From assembly GCF_964204645.1 (NCBI RefSeq), contig NC_134033.1:9928655-9992654 (forward strand): 64,000 nucleotides of DNA, in the 5' to 3' direction. Positions 26,339 through 39,747 of this stretch are shown piece by piece (position 1 is the first letter of the stretch; every line of letters begins with the position of its first letter). The DNA comes from Tubulanus polymorphus (Eukaryota; Animalia; Nemertea). A program made the translations under genes and the position numbers. The notes below the pieces were generated by a model. That model was not told the origin of the DNA and did not search any database. It worked only from the letters and a program-made list of their open reading frames with translations.

Positions 26339-28166
26339 TATCCTGAACAATTTTTTTAGTTCCCAAGTAAAATTGTTTAAATATTTTTTGTTGATCATGT
26401 TACAACTAATGATTATATTTGTTATAACAAATTACTATGCCTTGATATAATGATTGTTTTTTACAAAAAAGGTTTGATATGGCGATATTTTTTGATAGAT
26501 TTTCACTAAACTTTCAATAAGCTATACAAGCATTTTCTTCATCTATGATGAGTTCGCCGTGGCTTATATCCATCGGTTTTTACCAAGCATTTGGATGTGA
26601 AGTTTCCAGATTGATTGGATAAAGCATCAGACATAGACCTAAAGGAATATCAATAGTAAAAAGCCAAAAGTTTTAGCTGATGGTGATCTTGAAGAAATTG
26701 TTATCAGAGAAAACAATCAAGGCTAAAATAATTGATAACTTGGCCATCATTTCTGCTGGGCTTGGAAATATAAGTGCCATTGTGGCAGGAGTGACTAGAA
26801 TTACTCACACCATCAGTTGTTCAGTTCGACAAGTTGAATGGCTTGATCGCGTTTTAGTAATCACTAAGTGCTACCCATCATACAAATCATACCACATAGT
26901 GGCTATGTATGTTTCAATGATAAACTTTGATAATTGATCAGATCTCCACTGAACTGGTCATGCGCCAATCAGGCCGAGTTGGTGGACGGGGGTAAAACGG
27001 AACAGCATTTACATTATATGACCACATTTCTTCATCCATATGACTAACTTGATCATTTGCTTTGGGAATTATAACTTCATTCATATCAATTATTAGATCA
27101 ATGATCTAGAATGAATAATTAATTAGATCTCTTACCATCATCAATTGAAATAAACCAGTAATTTCATTGTCATGTTTATGTATCTGAATATTTATCAACA
27201 CATTCATAGATAGAGGAATTTAGTTATTACTTCGTTCCCTAAGCTCTATTCATTGTCAAACAAGCGTGTATTGTGGGACACCTAGAAATACTAGCTAGAT
27301 GAAGATCTTTGAGCTGCTGCCATTCATGTTAAATCTCAGACAGGTTTGCTATGGTGAAAGGATTGTGGCCCCTTTAATGTCAGCAGTCCGCTGAGAGTAT
27401 CATCCTTGGTACATTTCCCAAGAAGGATTACTATGTATTCATGTAACATTATCTATTGTTAAAAACAAGTCTTTTTAGGCCAGCGGTATGCTTAGCCTAT
27501 TACTATACAAATGGAGCGAATTTAAGTGACATGGTTTCCAGAGCTAAGGCCCTTTGACTGTGCAACTGAGCATTTATTCATACAAATCATTCATTAACCC
27601 TTTCATGGCTGACTAATTAATACCCGATAGTGCTGGAGATATTTTGAAAATTTTGAAAAATTCCATCCGAAGGGGTTGAATAAAAGCAATACCACTATAG
27701 TGCGTCTATACCGTTAGTTACTAATATTTCACTATGTTTGACAGGTGCTGCCATCTCTTTAATAGAGATAAAAACTAATTACTAATTACATGAATACACC
27801 GCAGTGCGATGTACTAGCAAAATTCATCACCGATTTATACACTGTACTGCATGGGTAAAAGCATTATCCATTCTCCAAATCCTATGCAGCTGAATTTTGA
27901 AACAGGGCCTCCTTGAAATTAATATGAGCTTTTTTTGCAAAAATCTGAACGCAAAACTATCGGTTTTAAAACAATCAGAAGAAAAAGACTCCCATGGTAT
28001 CGTCAAAAAATCATCAAATCCAATTCATTTTTACTTCATTGAACAAAGAAAACATCAAGTGCAATTCAATTTTGTTTTATTTATCAAATTTTAGAAATCC
28101 AATTTAATTCTATTCCGCATTCAATCATAACGATTGATTTGAGGAATTTGTTCCTGCTAGTTTCAT

Positions 28167-28295
28167 GGGGCCAGTTGCTCAAAAGTTGGTTAGAGTTAAC
28201 CAGCGGATAGTTGATATGGTGACAATTGAAATTTCATTGTTAATATGGTATTTAACGACCGGTTATCTTTAACCAACCTTTGAGCAACTGGCCCC
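28167..28295. mobile_element. Small palindromic Harbinger-like MITE
   Basis: GGGGCCAGTTGCTCAAAAGTTGGTTA / TAACCAACCTTTGAGCAACTGGCCCC. Confidence 0.75.
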
Positions 28296-28544
28296 TGTCT
28301 GTGGTACTTATGAAAACACGATTGTAGCGTGTAAATTATAGGCATTGTCTTTGAACTTGGAGTGTATTTTGACAAATATAATCCACAGAATACATCGCAG
28401 GAAAGCTGACACGCTGGCCATAGTGCCCCGTGGGGCTCTTGTTTCTACATTGTGTTTCGATCTACATTGTTTCTACATTACACAGATTTTCTGTTTCAGT
28501 TTCTTTCTTGATGTATACTAATGATGCCAATATATATTTGTTAG

Positions 28545-28721
<177 letters not shown>

Positions 28722-28900
28722 TAGATGTGAAGTAGTGCAAATCGAATGAATGAAATTGAATGTAGCCTGGTTATATTTTTGAAGTTTTTGAAGGAAATTT
28801 TGAAGATGCTTTGATTAATTATCTTGAGTTGTAGCTTCCTACTGGTTTGCCATTTTTCATTGAAATTTGTGATGGCTATTCTATGGAAAGGGATCTTTAA

Positions 28901-29111
28901 CCCATTAGCACTCAATCCGTTCGTATCCACCCTGCCTAGTAGGTTTGGATGAATTTCAGGGGGGGCCAAAAGGACACGATTTTGGTGGCCCACCTCATCA
29001 AATCTTACATCACATGAAAGCCTTGAATATTCGGTATCGTGATGAACTTGGATTTTGCTTTGAACTTTCTGATGAGTAATTGACTCAGTGCAATGCCTGA
29101 GTGCTAATGGG
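28901..29111. mobile_element. piggyBac-like MITE (family with several copies in window)
   Basis: TTAA-CCCATTAGCACTCA ... TGAGTGCTAATGGG-TTAA; related copies or ends at ~2360-2423, ~23085-23337 and ~42061-42410. Confidence 0.8.
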
Positions 29112-29668
29112 TTAATACCTGAGATTAGGTATTTTTGATCGGCCAATTATCACACGATTGGTGGCCATCTCGGTGTCATCAGTACTCATTCATAAGTTTT
29201 TTCACATTATATTGATACCTATGCATATTTTGTTACCACAATCAATTGGAAAGTTGTAACTCATATCATGTTCTATGATTGTCTTGATTTTTAAGGTAAA
29301 TGGGTTTTGCATATGGTCACCGGGGGGCGTTGAATAGTAGAAAAACATAGTGTTTCCATAGTTTGTTGGTACTGAAGCATTACTGTTATCACTACCAATT
29401 GCAAAATTGTAGCTGCTGGCATGTACTATGATTGTGGTGAGTTTCAAGGTTATTGGTTTATTGTATATGGTCACCAGGGGGCGTTGAATATTGAAATCGT
29501 TAGATTGGTGAGCATTTGAAACCACTTTCCAAGTGGGCATGGTCTCCCTGACCCCTAGTTAATTAATCCAGATCAATTTTACCATAACTGACAGATCAAT
29601 TTTACCATAACAGACCCAGCAGCTATAGAAATGAACTGATTAAAGATTTTATTTTGTTATTCCTATAG

Positions 29669-29835
29669 GATCCATTATTATTTTCTGGGACTCTGCGTTA
29701 CAACCTGGATCCATTTGACAAATATACTGATGCAGAGATCTGGGAAGCTCTTAAATGTGGTTATTTATGTGAATTTGTGAAATCCCTAAAAAATGAATTG
29801 GACCATGAAGTGTCCGAAAATGGAGAAAACTTCAG
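29669..29835 (+). CDS. ABCC1: ABCC1/MRP1-like exon
   Basis: DPLLFSGTLRYNLDPFDKYTDAEIWEALKCGYLCEFVKSLKNELDHEVSENGENF(S); 167 nt, ends phase 2 at GTGAG. Confidence 0.96.
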
Positions 29836-30002
29836 GTGAGTATGCCCTACACGACATTCCTTGCTGAAAAGCCTGTTCTTCCTACAACCTTGCTGAAGGA
29901 ACAAAGCTTGTTCCTAAGAGTCACCAACCCCAATTTAGTTTTAACACTCAATACACTTGTCAGCCAACCACCAATAATGCTGGTCGTCACTCCTGTATGA
30001 AA

Positions 30003-30370
30003 CAGGGATGAAAATCTTCCGACCATAGACGGATTTCCGACCTTTTCTAACATTTCCTTTATTCCTGAGAACAGTGTAAATCACCTCAATCGCTTTAATC
30101 TCCTCAATCGCAGGCGTCACATCGGAGCGCTCCGTAGTTAGGAGTGCTCCTTAAGACGGTTTTTGGCAGTTATTAGCACAACTGTGGAGTCGGAGAAACC
30201 AATATGGCGTCTCATTCAAAATGCGGCTCTAATTCAGGCCCAAACTATTAACATTTTGACCAAAAGGAAGTAAGTTTTTTGGCTAAAAGTTACTGATTTT
30301 TGTTCCCCAAAAAAATTCTTTGTTTTGAAAATATTTTCCGACTTTTTCAATATGGCCGTTTTCATCCCTG
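30003..30370. mobile_element. hAT-like MITE with 6-bp TSD
   Basis: CAGGGATGAAAA / TTTTCATCCCTG; ATGAAA duplicated at 29997-30002 and 30371-30376. Confidence 0.75.
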
Positions 30371-30699
30371 ATGAAAAATCCACAGCTACTGGTGGTGACT
30401 ATGTTGACTTATCACACATATTCATTTGGTTATACATACACATAATGTATATTTTCATTCCAATAAGGAAATATGTCTTGAAGTGCCTACATTAATTTCT
30501 ATCAACCAATCTCTACATTGAACAATATTTCATGACGTGTTATTCATGGGAAATAATAATTGCATCCATTGCATTCTAATGGGAAATTTGCATCTGTTTC
30601 CTCCCACTTTGAGCTTTATTCCTAGCAGGCTATTAAGTTTACATTTTCGTCCTTAGTCTGTCTAACTATTCAATCGTTTGTCCATCATGAGATATTCTT

Positions 30700-31700
30700 C
30701 CTTTCGATTCTTGTGAGTAGGATAGTGACTAAATAACAAGGTCATTGGGTTTGCAGGGCCATAGGCTGGCCATCACAGCCAGGCTTACCAGGGTATAACA
30801 TTGAAAACGTAATTCTATGTATACTCAAGTGACATAATGACATGTGTTTCAAGAGCCAATAAAGCAATCGCTGCGTAATATTGAGAGTAGTCTTGATCCT
30901 TGGTTTCAATCCGTCACTCGTGAAGTGGTGTGCAGTTCAGCAATTGTAGAGAAGACCTGACAAACTTCGGTCCCTCGGCAACAGTCTGCGATGGACTGGG
31001 ATGTTTCAATGAGGATCGGATCGTTTCGACAAGGCATTTAGGGTCTTCATTACACTCATCCATTTTATCGCTAATTTACGGCTTTTTGGCTTTGGTCTCT
31101 CAACTCTAGAGCACATAAAGCTACTCAAGACTCTGCTGTATCTAGGTTATGCAGTTTCTGATATGATATAGTTTTACGTCTTGGTTATGGTTCTGGATCA
31201 TGTATATCACATGTAACCGGAAAATGATCAGACAGACCAATGTCTGTCGCACAAGTATCATGAATGAGGTGGGAATCACAAGAACGGACGATGATGAGAT
31301 CTAACGTATGCTCAGCTAGATGGGTAGGCATATATATTAACATCTTGGACTAAATTGTGATCCGACAGTGTGTGTAAAAGTTTCCTCGCATCACTGTCGG
31401 TTACATCATCCAAGCGGAAATTGAAATCGCCACCTATGAGGAGTTTGCCTTTAGAGATGATCATTTTTTCAAGCAGATTATTGAAATCCTGAAGGAAACC
31501 ATTAATGGTGAACTTATTTTTACAAATGCAGTAGAGATCGGTAGATGTTAATTAGGCGCAATGAGTTCGGAGCTCTGGGAGTGATATCCAGGCCAAAGTT
31601 TTTGCATGTGTTCAGCAGTGGTAGTGACCAATTGATATCTTTAACTTTGAGGTTTGCATATAATGCCCACACCTCCATGACTGTATTTCCTGGGGGTGTG
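30700..31700 (-). mobile_element. LINE (L2/CR1) APE endonuclease remnant
   Basis: IYRS, LLIGGDFNF, PTH...TLDLII, SDHF motifs on - strand; boundaries approximate. Confidence 0.75.
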
Positions 31701-32771
31701 AGCAATGTTGAACCCGCATTGTTTTAAAAGTTAAAGTTGCCATAAAACACTGCTAATATCCAATATGAACTACACTGGCAGGTCCACTACTAAAACAGCT
31801 GTACCAATAGCGTTCCACCAGAAATCCTTCAACAGCAGTAAAATTGACTTAGATCAAGAGCTGGTATGAGGTGCAGCCATGTACAGGTGCGACCCTGAAA
31901 AAAGTCCATTCGCAAGATTCCTCTCAAAAATTTAAGGTATCTACCCCATTATAGCTAAACCTGAAATATTATGCGTGTCATCATCTACAATTTCACTTTT
32001 CCAGTTGGTATTAATGATTTGATATTTGATGAGAATTTTCGCTTTAGCTTTAATTGTAACAATTGTCGTCTTGGAGTATTCTTATGGATATATCAGGGTT
32101 AGTTGCCGCTGTAATAGGGGACAATAAGAGTTTTGAACCGGGACAATAGAACCACACACAACTCGCCAGGACAATGGATTCTTTCAAGAGAGCGATAGAT
32201 ACGCCACCTATCGTTAACATTTATTATTACAAATACAAATACACTATATTACAATATAATAACGTCGTGAGTCACACCTTTACACGGCTTCCCCCTAAAA
32301 ATGTGTACTGAAACACAGTTCAGTTCCAAAAAATAACTGTAGCAATACAATAAGTCCAACACGATAACATTAAGTCCAACGCGCAGGGATCCTGCAAAAT
32401 GTTCACTAGAGATAACGCACAATGTTATAGCGCAGTGTCCTTATGAGTCTAGATGATTGTTATAACGTAAGCTGAATCCATCCCTGAAGCACGAGGTAGA
32501 CTAGGAATCAAAGCTGCAGGGTGGATGGCTGGCCATTTACCGATATCTGGTGTTAGCCCCGCCATCCCCATACCTACTCACGTATCGGGACTTGCGGTCT
32601 ATACACAAGTGATGGTCTATATACAAGTGGAGGTGATGTATGATGATTCGGTAGTAGCGCTGAAAAAGTAAAAGTAAGAGGCCAGCAGAGCAAGTTCTAG
32701 CACACAACCAGGACTGAGGCCAGGGTTTGTAGAGTGGGTTTTGACCGTAGTAAGGTGTCCCAACTATAAAT

Positions 32772-33442
32772 TTAGGACTCTAGATGACTCTTGATGGAGG
32801 CAATTACATGACGAACTACTTCGTTGACTGCCTTCAGTCGATAATGGATCCCTCTGTAGTCCTGGTCTGGAAGATCTGGATGTTCAATGGTGCTGAACCC
32901 AGCTTTCTCGAAGTGTAGATTGATACGGTCAATTGGGATGACCATTTCACGCTTGCCTCTCATATATGGGGCCTTTGGAACGCAAAGGTGGAAAATCGGG
33001 ACAAGGGGATACTTCTGCCATATCATGTTTGCTAAGCAATATATCTCCTTGACAGTGTCACCGATTTCCCGGACGTTGTTAACCCCATGGTTGACAATGA
33101 CAGCTGAGCAACTGACGCTCATCAGTCGTATCGTCCGAGTAACGTCTTCAACTAGTTCTCCTGAGCGATTACATACAAGTCATCGCTGAACTTGACTCCT
33201 TTGAACATCGAGTCGCTCAACAGGAGAATTGGATGACGCAAATCTCCAACTCGAAGCTGCTGTTTAAGCTTCTCCAGCTTGTCTTCGAGGCATAAATTCG
33301 TACCCCCATGCTGAGATATCAAACAGCTGAGTTCTGTCCCCAACCGATTAAACCGTCCATCTGCGCACATCATGGGCAGCAGTTTTCTTTGGATCTCGGG
33401 TTTCCTCGTTTCCAACGTATCCAACTGGAGCACATCAGACAT
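32772..33442 (-). pseudogene. Accessory SGNH/GDSL hydrolase-like ORF in env position of Gypsy
   Basis: Branch point/polypyrimidine/TAG acceptor at 33452-33451, ATG 33442; LLLSDSM (block I), RSG (II), VIVNHGVNN (III), DYRGIHY (V); one frameshift near 33165. Confidence 0.68.
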
Positions 33443-36400
33443 CTTGGTAGCTAAAAATAAACGAGAAGAGAGAAAAATGTTAAGTTGGCTAGAGGGCAGA
33501 GATATTAACCGTTGAGGTGTTCTCTGTCTCGCAGCAATTTTCGCGCTTTTTTCAGCCACATGTCTTTCTTATCTCGGATTCTGGAGCATCGCTGACAGCA
33601 GGTGGTACAGTCACCCTCAACAGCTGTACTCCTTACCGGTATGGAGCAATGACGAACAAAGTCACTTAATCGGGATGGCTGTTTCAGTGCTCTCCTCGGA
33701 CGCAGATGACAAAATTGATCTCTATTGTCGGCCAGTGGATGCAGCTGGGCATTATCCACAGGCTGACCTGCTGAGGGATCGACTTCTGCCTCAGCTTCGT
33801 TTGGTGCAGCGTCATCTGTTGGTACTGACACAATCCGGTCGTTTGGGCGCCTCCAGACAATCTCCTCATCATCACTCCTTGAAGTGCTTGAACTTTCACT
33901 CCCAGGGGCTGGTTGGGGCTCTACTCGCCTCGATACGCCAGTCTGACCCGATACGTCACCTCAGACAGCATCTCGATAACAATGAAGGGGCCCTTCCACT
34001 TCCAATTTTGCAGCCTCCCCTGGCTTAATGGCATGACTATAAAGCCATACCCTATCACCAACGTTATACCAACCCCGCTTAGCGAATCCGTTGTAATTAA
34101 GTCTGACAAAGCTGAGCCTTACCCAGCTAAACTAAGAAGTGTACACTGGTTGTTCGGGGGGTCCACCGGGTCCAACCATGATATCCAGAGGCTAGACCAT
34201 CTCTGAACCAAATGTCAGGTAGAAAGGGGTTTCGTCAGTGGACTCCTGAACGTTAGAACGGAATGCCATCAGGCGAGATGACAGCTTCGTATCCCAGTCA
34301 GTGCCAGTTTCATTCACAGATATGGTCAGCATGGCCTGGATTCATTTGTTAAAGTTTTCCACCTGACCATTTACCATAGTGTGATACAAGGTGGTACGTG
34401 TCTTATCGATACCCAACAGTCGACACACTTCCGTAAAAAACCTTGGATTCAAAGTTGGCACTCCCGTCTGAGTGATTGTTTTCTGGGCAGCCATATCTCG
34501 TGACCCATTCATCCATGACTTTTCAAGCCGAAATGGAAGCCTTCTCATTCCGTACCAATCACGCCTCCACCCACTTAGTAAAGGCGTCTTGTACAACAAT
34601 CATGTATGTGTTGCCATGTTTAGTACGCTGTAGGGGGCCCATTATATCAATATGCAGCCTCTGTCATCTTCGACCAACGGGTGTTGACACCAAAGGAGCC
34701 TTCGGCGCTTGGGCGGATTTTTGTATGGTTGACATTTCTGGCACTGTTGGATGTACTCATGCACTGCTCTTGTAAGGCCTGGACGCAAGAATCATTCGTG
34801 CATCTTCTGTTCTGTCTTAGTGCTTCCTCAGTACCTGCCTGAGATACCGTCATGGTGTGATAAAGCCTGAGGCAGTAAGACGTTAGGCAGAACGACACGC
34901 GATTTCGAAAGTCTGGATCCAGGAGTGGGTCTCAAAAATAAAACATCCTTGTCAATAACTAAGCGCTCATATTCACCAAGAAACATTCTAGTTTTGGCGC
35001 TAAATTGGCGCATCGCATTGGCACTAGGTTTAACCTGTTGTCAATGGACTAATTCCTTGACAGCGTCCTCGTCCTGTAACCGGGCTATGTCCACTGTTGA
35101 CAAGCTGGCACTACCAACACCAACTGCTGAAACCTGACATTTTGGGGCACCAGTCTGCCACAGCTAGGGCAGTCTCCATGACGCTTCAGTCGTTAAGGGA
35201 TGCGGGAAAGTGCGTCCACATTTAGGTGAATACGCCCCGGCCGATGTTCAATATCAAATTCATAGTCGGCCAACCGTTCATTCCAGCGAGCAACTTGTCC
35301 AGACTGAATGTTTGAAGACTGGAGCCATTCACACCAAAAATTTCAGGCTCAACGCCGAAGTAGTTCGATCATATCAACTAGGGCAAGCATCTCTCGCCAG
35401 GTGGCACAGTTAATTTCTTCACCACCCGTAGTGTGCGGCCAGCATATGCGATTACCCGTTCAGACGAGTCTGCCTGCACCTGTAAAAGTACAGCACCAAT
35501 TGCCCAGTCACTAGTGTCACAGTCGATATAAATTTGCCTGCACCTGTCTCGAAATCAGGGAAGGCCCAAGCCGGAAGGCCAGTAAGTGCTATCCTTATGG
35601 CATCAAATGCTCGCTGTTGCTTTATTCCTCATACAAAAACATGGCTTTTAGTAAGGTGGTTTAGGGGATGACACATTTGGGAATACCCTTCAATAAACTT
35701 TGAGTAATAGGTCACTAACCCCTGAAACTGCGGACCTCTGAAACTGTGGTTGGAACAGGCCAATTCATAATTTTTCAAGCTTAGTTGGGTCAGCGTCCAT
35801 ACCATTCCCACTAACAATATGGCCCAAAAGCTTCGACCGTCTCCGCAGTAGGTGACATTTTCTCAGTTTTAGTTTAAGGTTTGCGGATCTGAAACCTGAG
35901 AACACCTCAGCGAGTTTACCAATGTGTGACCCAACATCAGCTGAGTGGACAATCACGTCATCGAGATATATTTACGCTGTTTTCCAGGAAACCTTATCTA
36001 GGGCCATAGTCATAAGCCGAGAAAAACAGGCAGGAGCATTAGTTAGGCCAAAGGCCATGACGTTCCACTCCCACAATCGATTCACTGTGCAGAACACTGT
36101 CTATGGTTTATCCCTTTCCTGTATTGGCACCAGATGGTAATTCGGTAGTATGAACCTCGACAAACTGTCTATGACCCGGTGGTGAACGCCTCGGTTGTTG
36201 TTTGATTGGGCGATGGTCACTCTTATCGATTTCAAATTCAACTAATGCGGTCCTCCCTATGTCAAAGTTGTCGCGGGAAAACACATCCCAGTAATCAGAG
36301 TCAACCTTCTTTAAGGCCTCACGATCACTGTCTGAAATGTCGATTGCGTCGGGCTGCAGCTCTGTAAACAACGTATTAAGATCCTCACTACTAGTAAGGG

Positions 36401-38490
36401 TTTTGGGGACATCTGGTCTCTTATCCTGGGTGTAGTGAGGATTTCAATACTGTTTAAAGGAGAGAAAATCTCTACAAATTCACTGCGTTAGACATGTCAC
36501 GTTCGAGAAGTTGGCTAAACGAACTGTCACTTTGTTATCATTCGGGCTAACCAGTGTTCTACCAATACCGAATGGACCCGGAGCTCAGCCAGTCCGGCTG
36601 GTCAGAAATAACCGACATCCAGTTGGTCGGGAATCTTTGTGTTCCAATGGTATGTCTGGCTGATCACAGCTCATGACTCATTTGGGTAATCAATCATGCA
36701 GTTGTTGCCGCAGAAGAAATCACCACCAAGGAGAAAATCCTGTGACAAATCATCAGCAATCACCATTGGAACCATAAAACTACCATCCCCCAAACTAAGG
36801 TGAACATCAACTGAACCCCTAACCTTAATGTCCTGGCCAGTAGCCATAACTGGTTTCAGGCACCCCACTTCACCCCCATTACTCGCCTCCCAGACTGAAG
36901 TCTTTAGCATAGTCACACCAGCGCCGGTGTCGAGAAGCGCAGAGATTCCCCCTACACTATTGACTATTGCAGAACAATAGAGGCCACGGTCACAGATATC
37001 TTCATTTTGCTCACTTCTCACTAATGGGGTGGGCCCTCGGTTACTGTTCGTTGGTAGGTCAGCTTCAGATTCCGGGGTACACTCTGGAGAAGAGCTTTGA
37101 CCATTAAAAGGTATGCTCTCCCCGTGGTGTAAACCACTAGACCTCGGGCAGCTACCCTTGGGGTTGTCATATTATTTTCATTCATACTATATACAGGGTT
37201 ATTTGGTTGTCCATAGGGACCAGTTCTATCTACAACATTTATACTGGTATCTAATAGTCTACTGTGCGGAGGAATATATTTGTGAACTTGGGGCTGACGG
37301 TTTTAAAGCGCTTGCCTCTGCTCCTGCAGGAACTCTTGTGCACATTTCACTGACTATTAGGACAGTTCCTCGGGTAAAGTCCGGGCTCAGTGCATGAGTG
37401 GCATACCACCATAGGACATGCACAAGCAGGGTGGTCTGGTACCCAACAGCGTAGAGGTCAGCCGCTGGATTTCTGGGAGGCTCGGATTCCTGGCAGGCCT
37501 GGTCTGACCTCGACGCTCAAGATTTTTGATGCAGAGGTTATACTCCGGACCTATTCCTGTTTGACAAGTTCAAAGAGCAGCTCGGTCTCGAATGGTTTTG
37601 GCTGGGTCTCGTAGACCATCGCCCGTTTCCCCCTCGATTCCTATTTTTCGGCTATCCAGCGAGCTGACTCAATACCCCTAACCCTAGCCAGGGACACTGC
37701 CTGTGACAAGGTCTTTCACTGCGAAATGTACAACTGTATCCTAGCTGCTAATTGTAAACTTACTCCGCTCAGAAACTGATCTTGTTCTCTGGCGAAATGG
37801 CCCAGGTTCTCTAGCTGTTATTGCTCGCGTGCCTTAAGCATGAGCTTATGATCGCCAGGCGATTTTGTTAAGGACATACGGTCTTTAATCGCTGCCAAGA
37901 ATTTATTGTAAGTCAGTTTGCCCGTCAGGTAAAGGCTTTTGATGGCCAGATATGACTCATGGTCGATATACGTCAAAAGATGATCCTTCTGCACGGAAGG
38001 ATCAGTTATCCCCATGAGTTCGCAGTAACTGTCAAATCTCTTGAGCTTTACCTTAAATTGTGGCCAGCGCTGTAAGTTTTAGTCGCGAGTACCTTGACCT
38101 TGATGTGGTCCCTAGGTTTGGCCAGCTCAGAGGGTGATTCGGACCTCCTATTTTTAATTTTATGTTCAACATTTTGTGTAAGAGACGTGAGGAACTGATT
38201 TACGTCGAGGTGACTAGCATCTTGTTTGGAATTTCCCCCGGCATCGACATTATAAGTACAAGTCAGTTACAATATTATGGAAAAATACCGGTCTCTCCAG
38301 CAATAATTCTTTTTTTTCCTCAAATTCAAATCAAATAAAAAATATGACAAGCTAACGGTTTTAACTGCTACGAGTGTCCATTATAAGTCTTTCAAGTATT
38401 TTAACGGTAAAAGTGGTTTGCTCAGGCTAGGTTCCCAACGAGGGGCCACTTCATATTAAAAGACCATGAAATACACGACAATGGAAATAA

Positions 38491-38511
38491 AATCCCACTT
38501 CGCTGCCACCA
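38491..38511 (-). promoter_or_regulatory. Primer binding site, tRNA-Leu-like
   Basis: TGGTGGCAGCGAAGTGGGATT one base after the 5' LTR on - strand. Confidence 0.75.
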
Positions 38512-39319
38512 GTGTAACAATTGTCGTCTTGGGGTATTGTAATGGATATGTCAGGGTTAATTGCCGCTGTAAGGGGACAATAAGAGTCTTGAACGGGGAA
38601 AAAAAGACAATGGATTCTTTTCAAGTGAGCGATAGATACGCCACCTATTGTTAACATTTATTATTACAAATACAAATACACCATATTAAAGTCACACCCT
38701 CACATAATCAAGAAGAAATGTTTTGAACTAGCTTTCACTCGTTTATGGAAATGATTCTAAAATGCACATAACCACTTCCTGGCATGAATAAACAAATTTT
38801 CCAGTTTGATTTGAGGCGAAGATACTTTGTTAACGTACCGAAATTTACTTTTTCAGCAACACTTATCGTTTCAAGTTGAAATATCAATAAATTCTTGAGA
38901 AGCAACCTTCGACTATTATGGGGAGTGCTCAAGTACTCAAACCAAAACTTTCAATACAATAAAACATCTATATCAACGCACTTCCGAAACCGGTTGTGGA
39001 AGAGCACTTCCGTCTCTGGCCATAAAGCAAGACCGATAAGGTGGCCTAATGGTTGAAAGTACCAATCAAAAGCAAGTTACACCTGTTCATTATATTCTAT
39101 TAGTACATGTATATGGATGATTTTAAAGGGTATCTATTTCTTCACACTACACCATTGCTCATTTTCAAAGATTAATTTTATTTAGAACCGAAACCATTCT
39201 GATTTGCCTATACATGACAGTGTTTTTAGTAACACCAATAAGCTGTGTGTAACCATGAATAAGAAATGCACTTATGCTGGAAATGTTGTCAGAAATAAGG
39301 TTAAATCAGGGACGCCTAA

Positions 39320-39541
<222 letters not shown>

Positions 39542-39635
39542 TAAAAATATCTGAACAAGTTTAATTTGTTGTTTCAAAAGAAAGCAATATTCATAATACA
39601 AGATACCATATGAATTATTGACTTTTTCTTTCTAG

Positions 39636-39747
39636 GATACTCGTTTTAGATGAGGGAAGACTGATGGAATATGATTCACCGGAGAATCTTTTGCATAATG
39701 GAGAAAGTCAATTTTACAAAATGGCTAGAAATGCTGGGCTAGTTTAG
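39636..39747 (+). CDS. ABCC1: ABCC1/MRP1-like last coding exon
   Basis: [36 protein letters not shown]; the AGLV C-terminus is MRP1-like. Orthology versus ABCC2/3 is not resolved from sequence alone. Confidence 0.93.

Larger units (their letters stand above)
32055..38704 (-). mobile_element. Ty3/Gypsy LTR retrotransposon (full length, decayed) with extra 3' ORF
   Basis: LTRs 32055-32284 and 38513-38704 (TG...CA), 4-bp TSD TAAT (32051-32054, 38705-38708), PPT AGGGGGAAG; order gag-PR(LLDTGA)-RT(YLDDVI)-RH-IN. Confidence 0.93.

Noticed and set aside
32772-33559. Retroviral-type env gene
   Set aside because: No signal peptide, furin site with fusion peptide, or TM anchor is visible; motifs fit SGNH better
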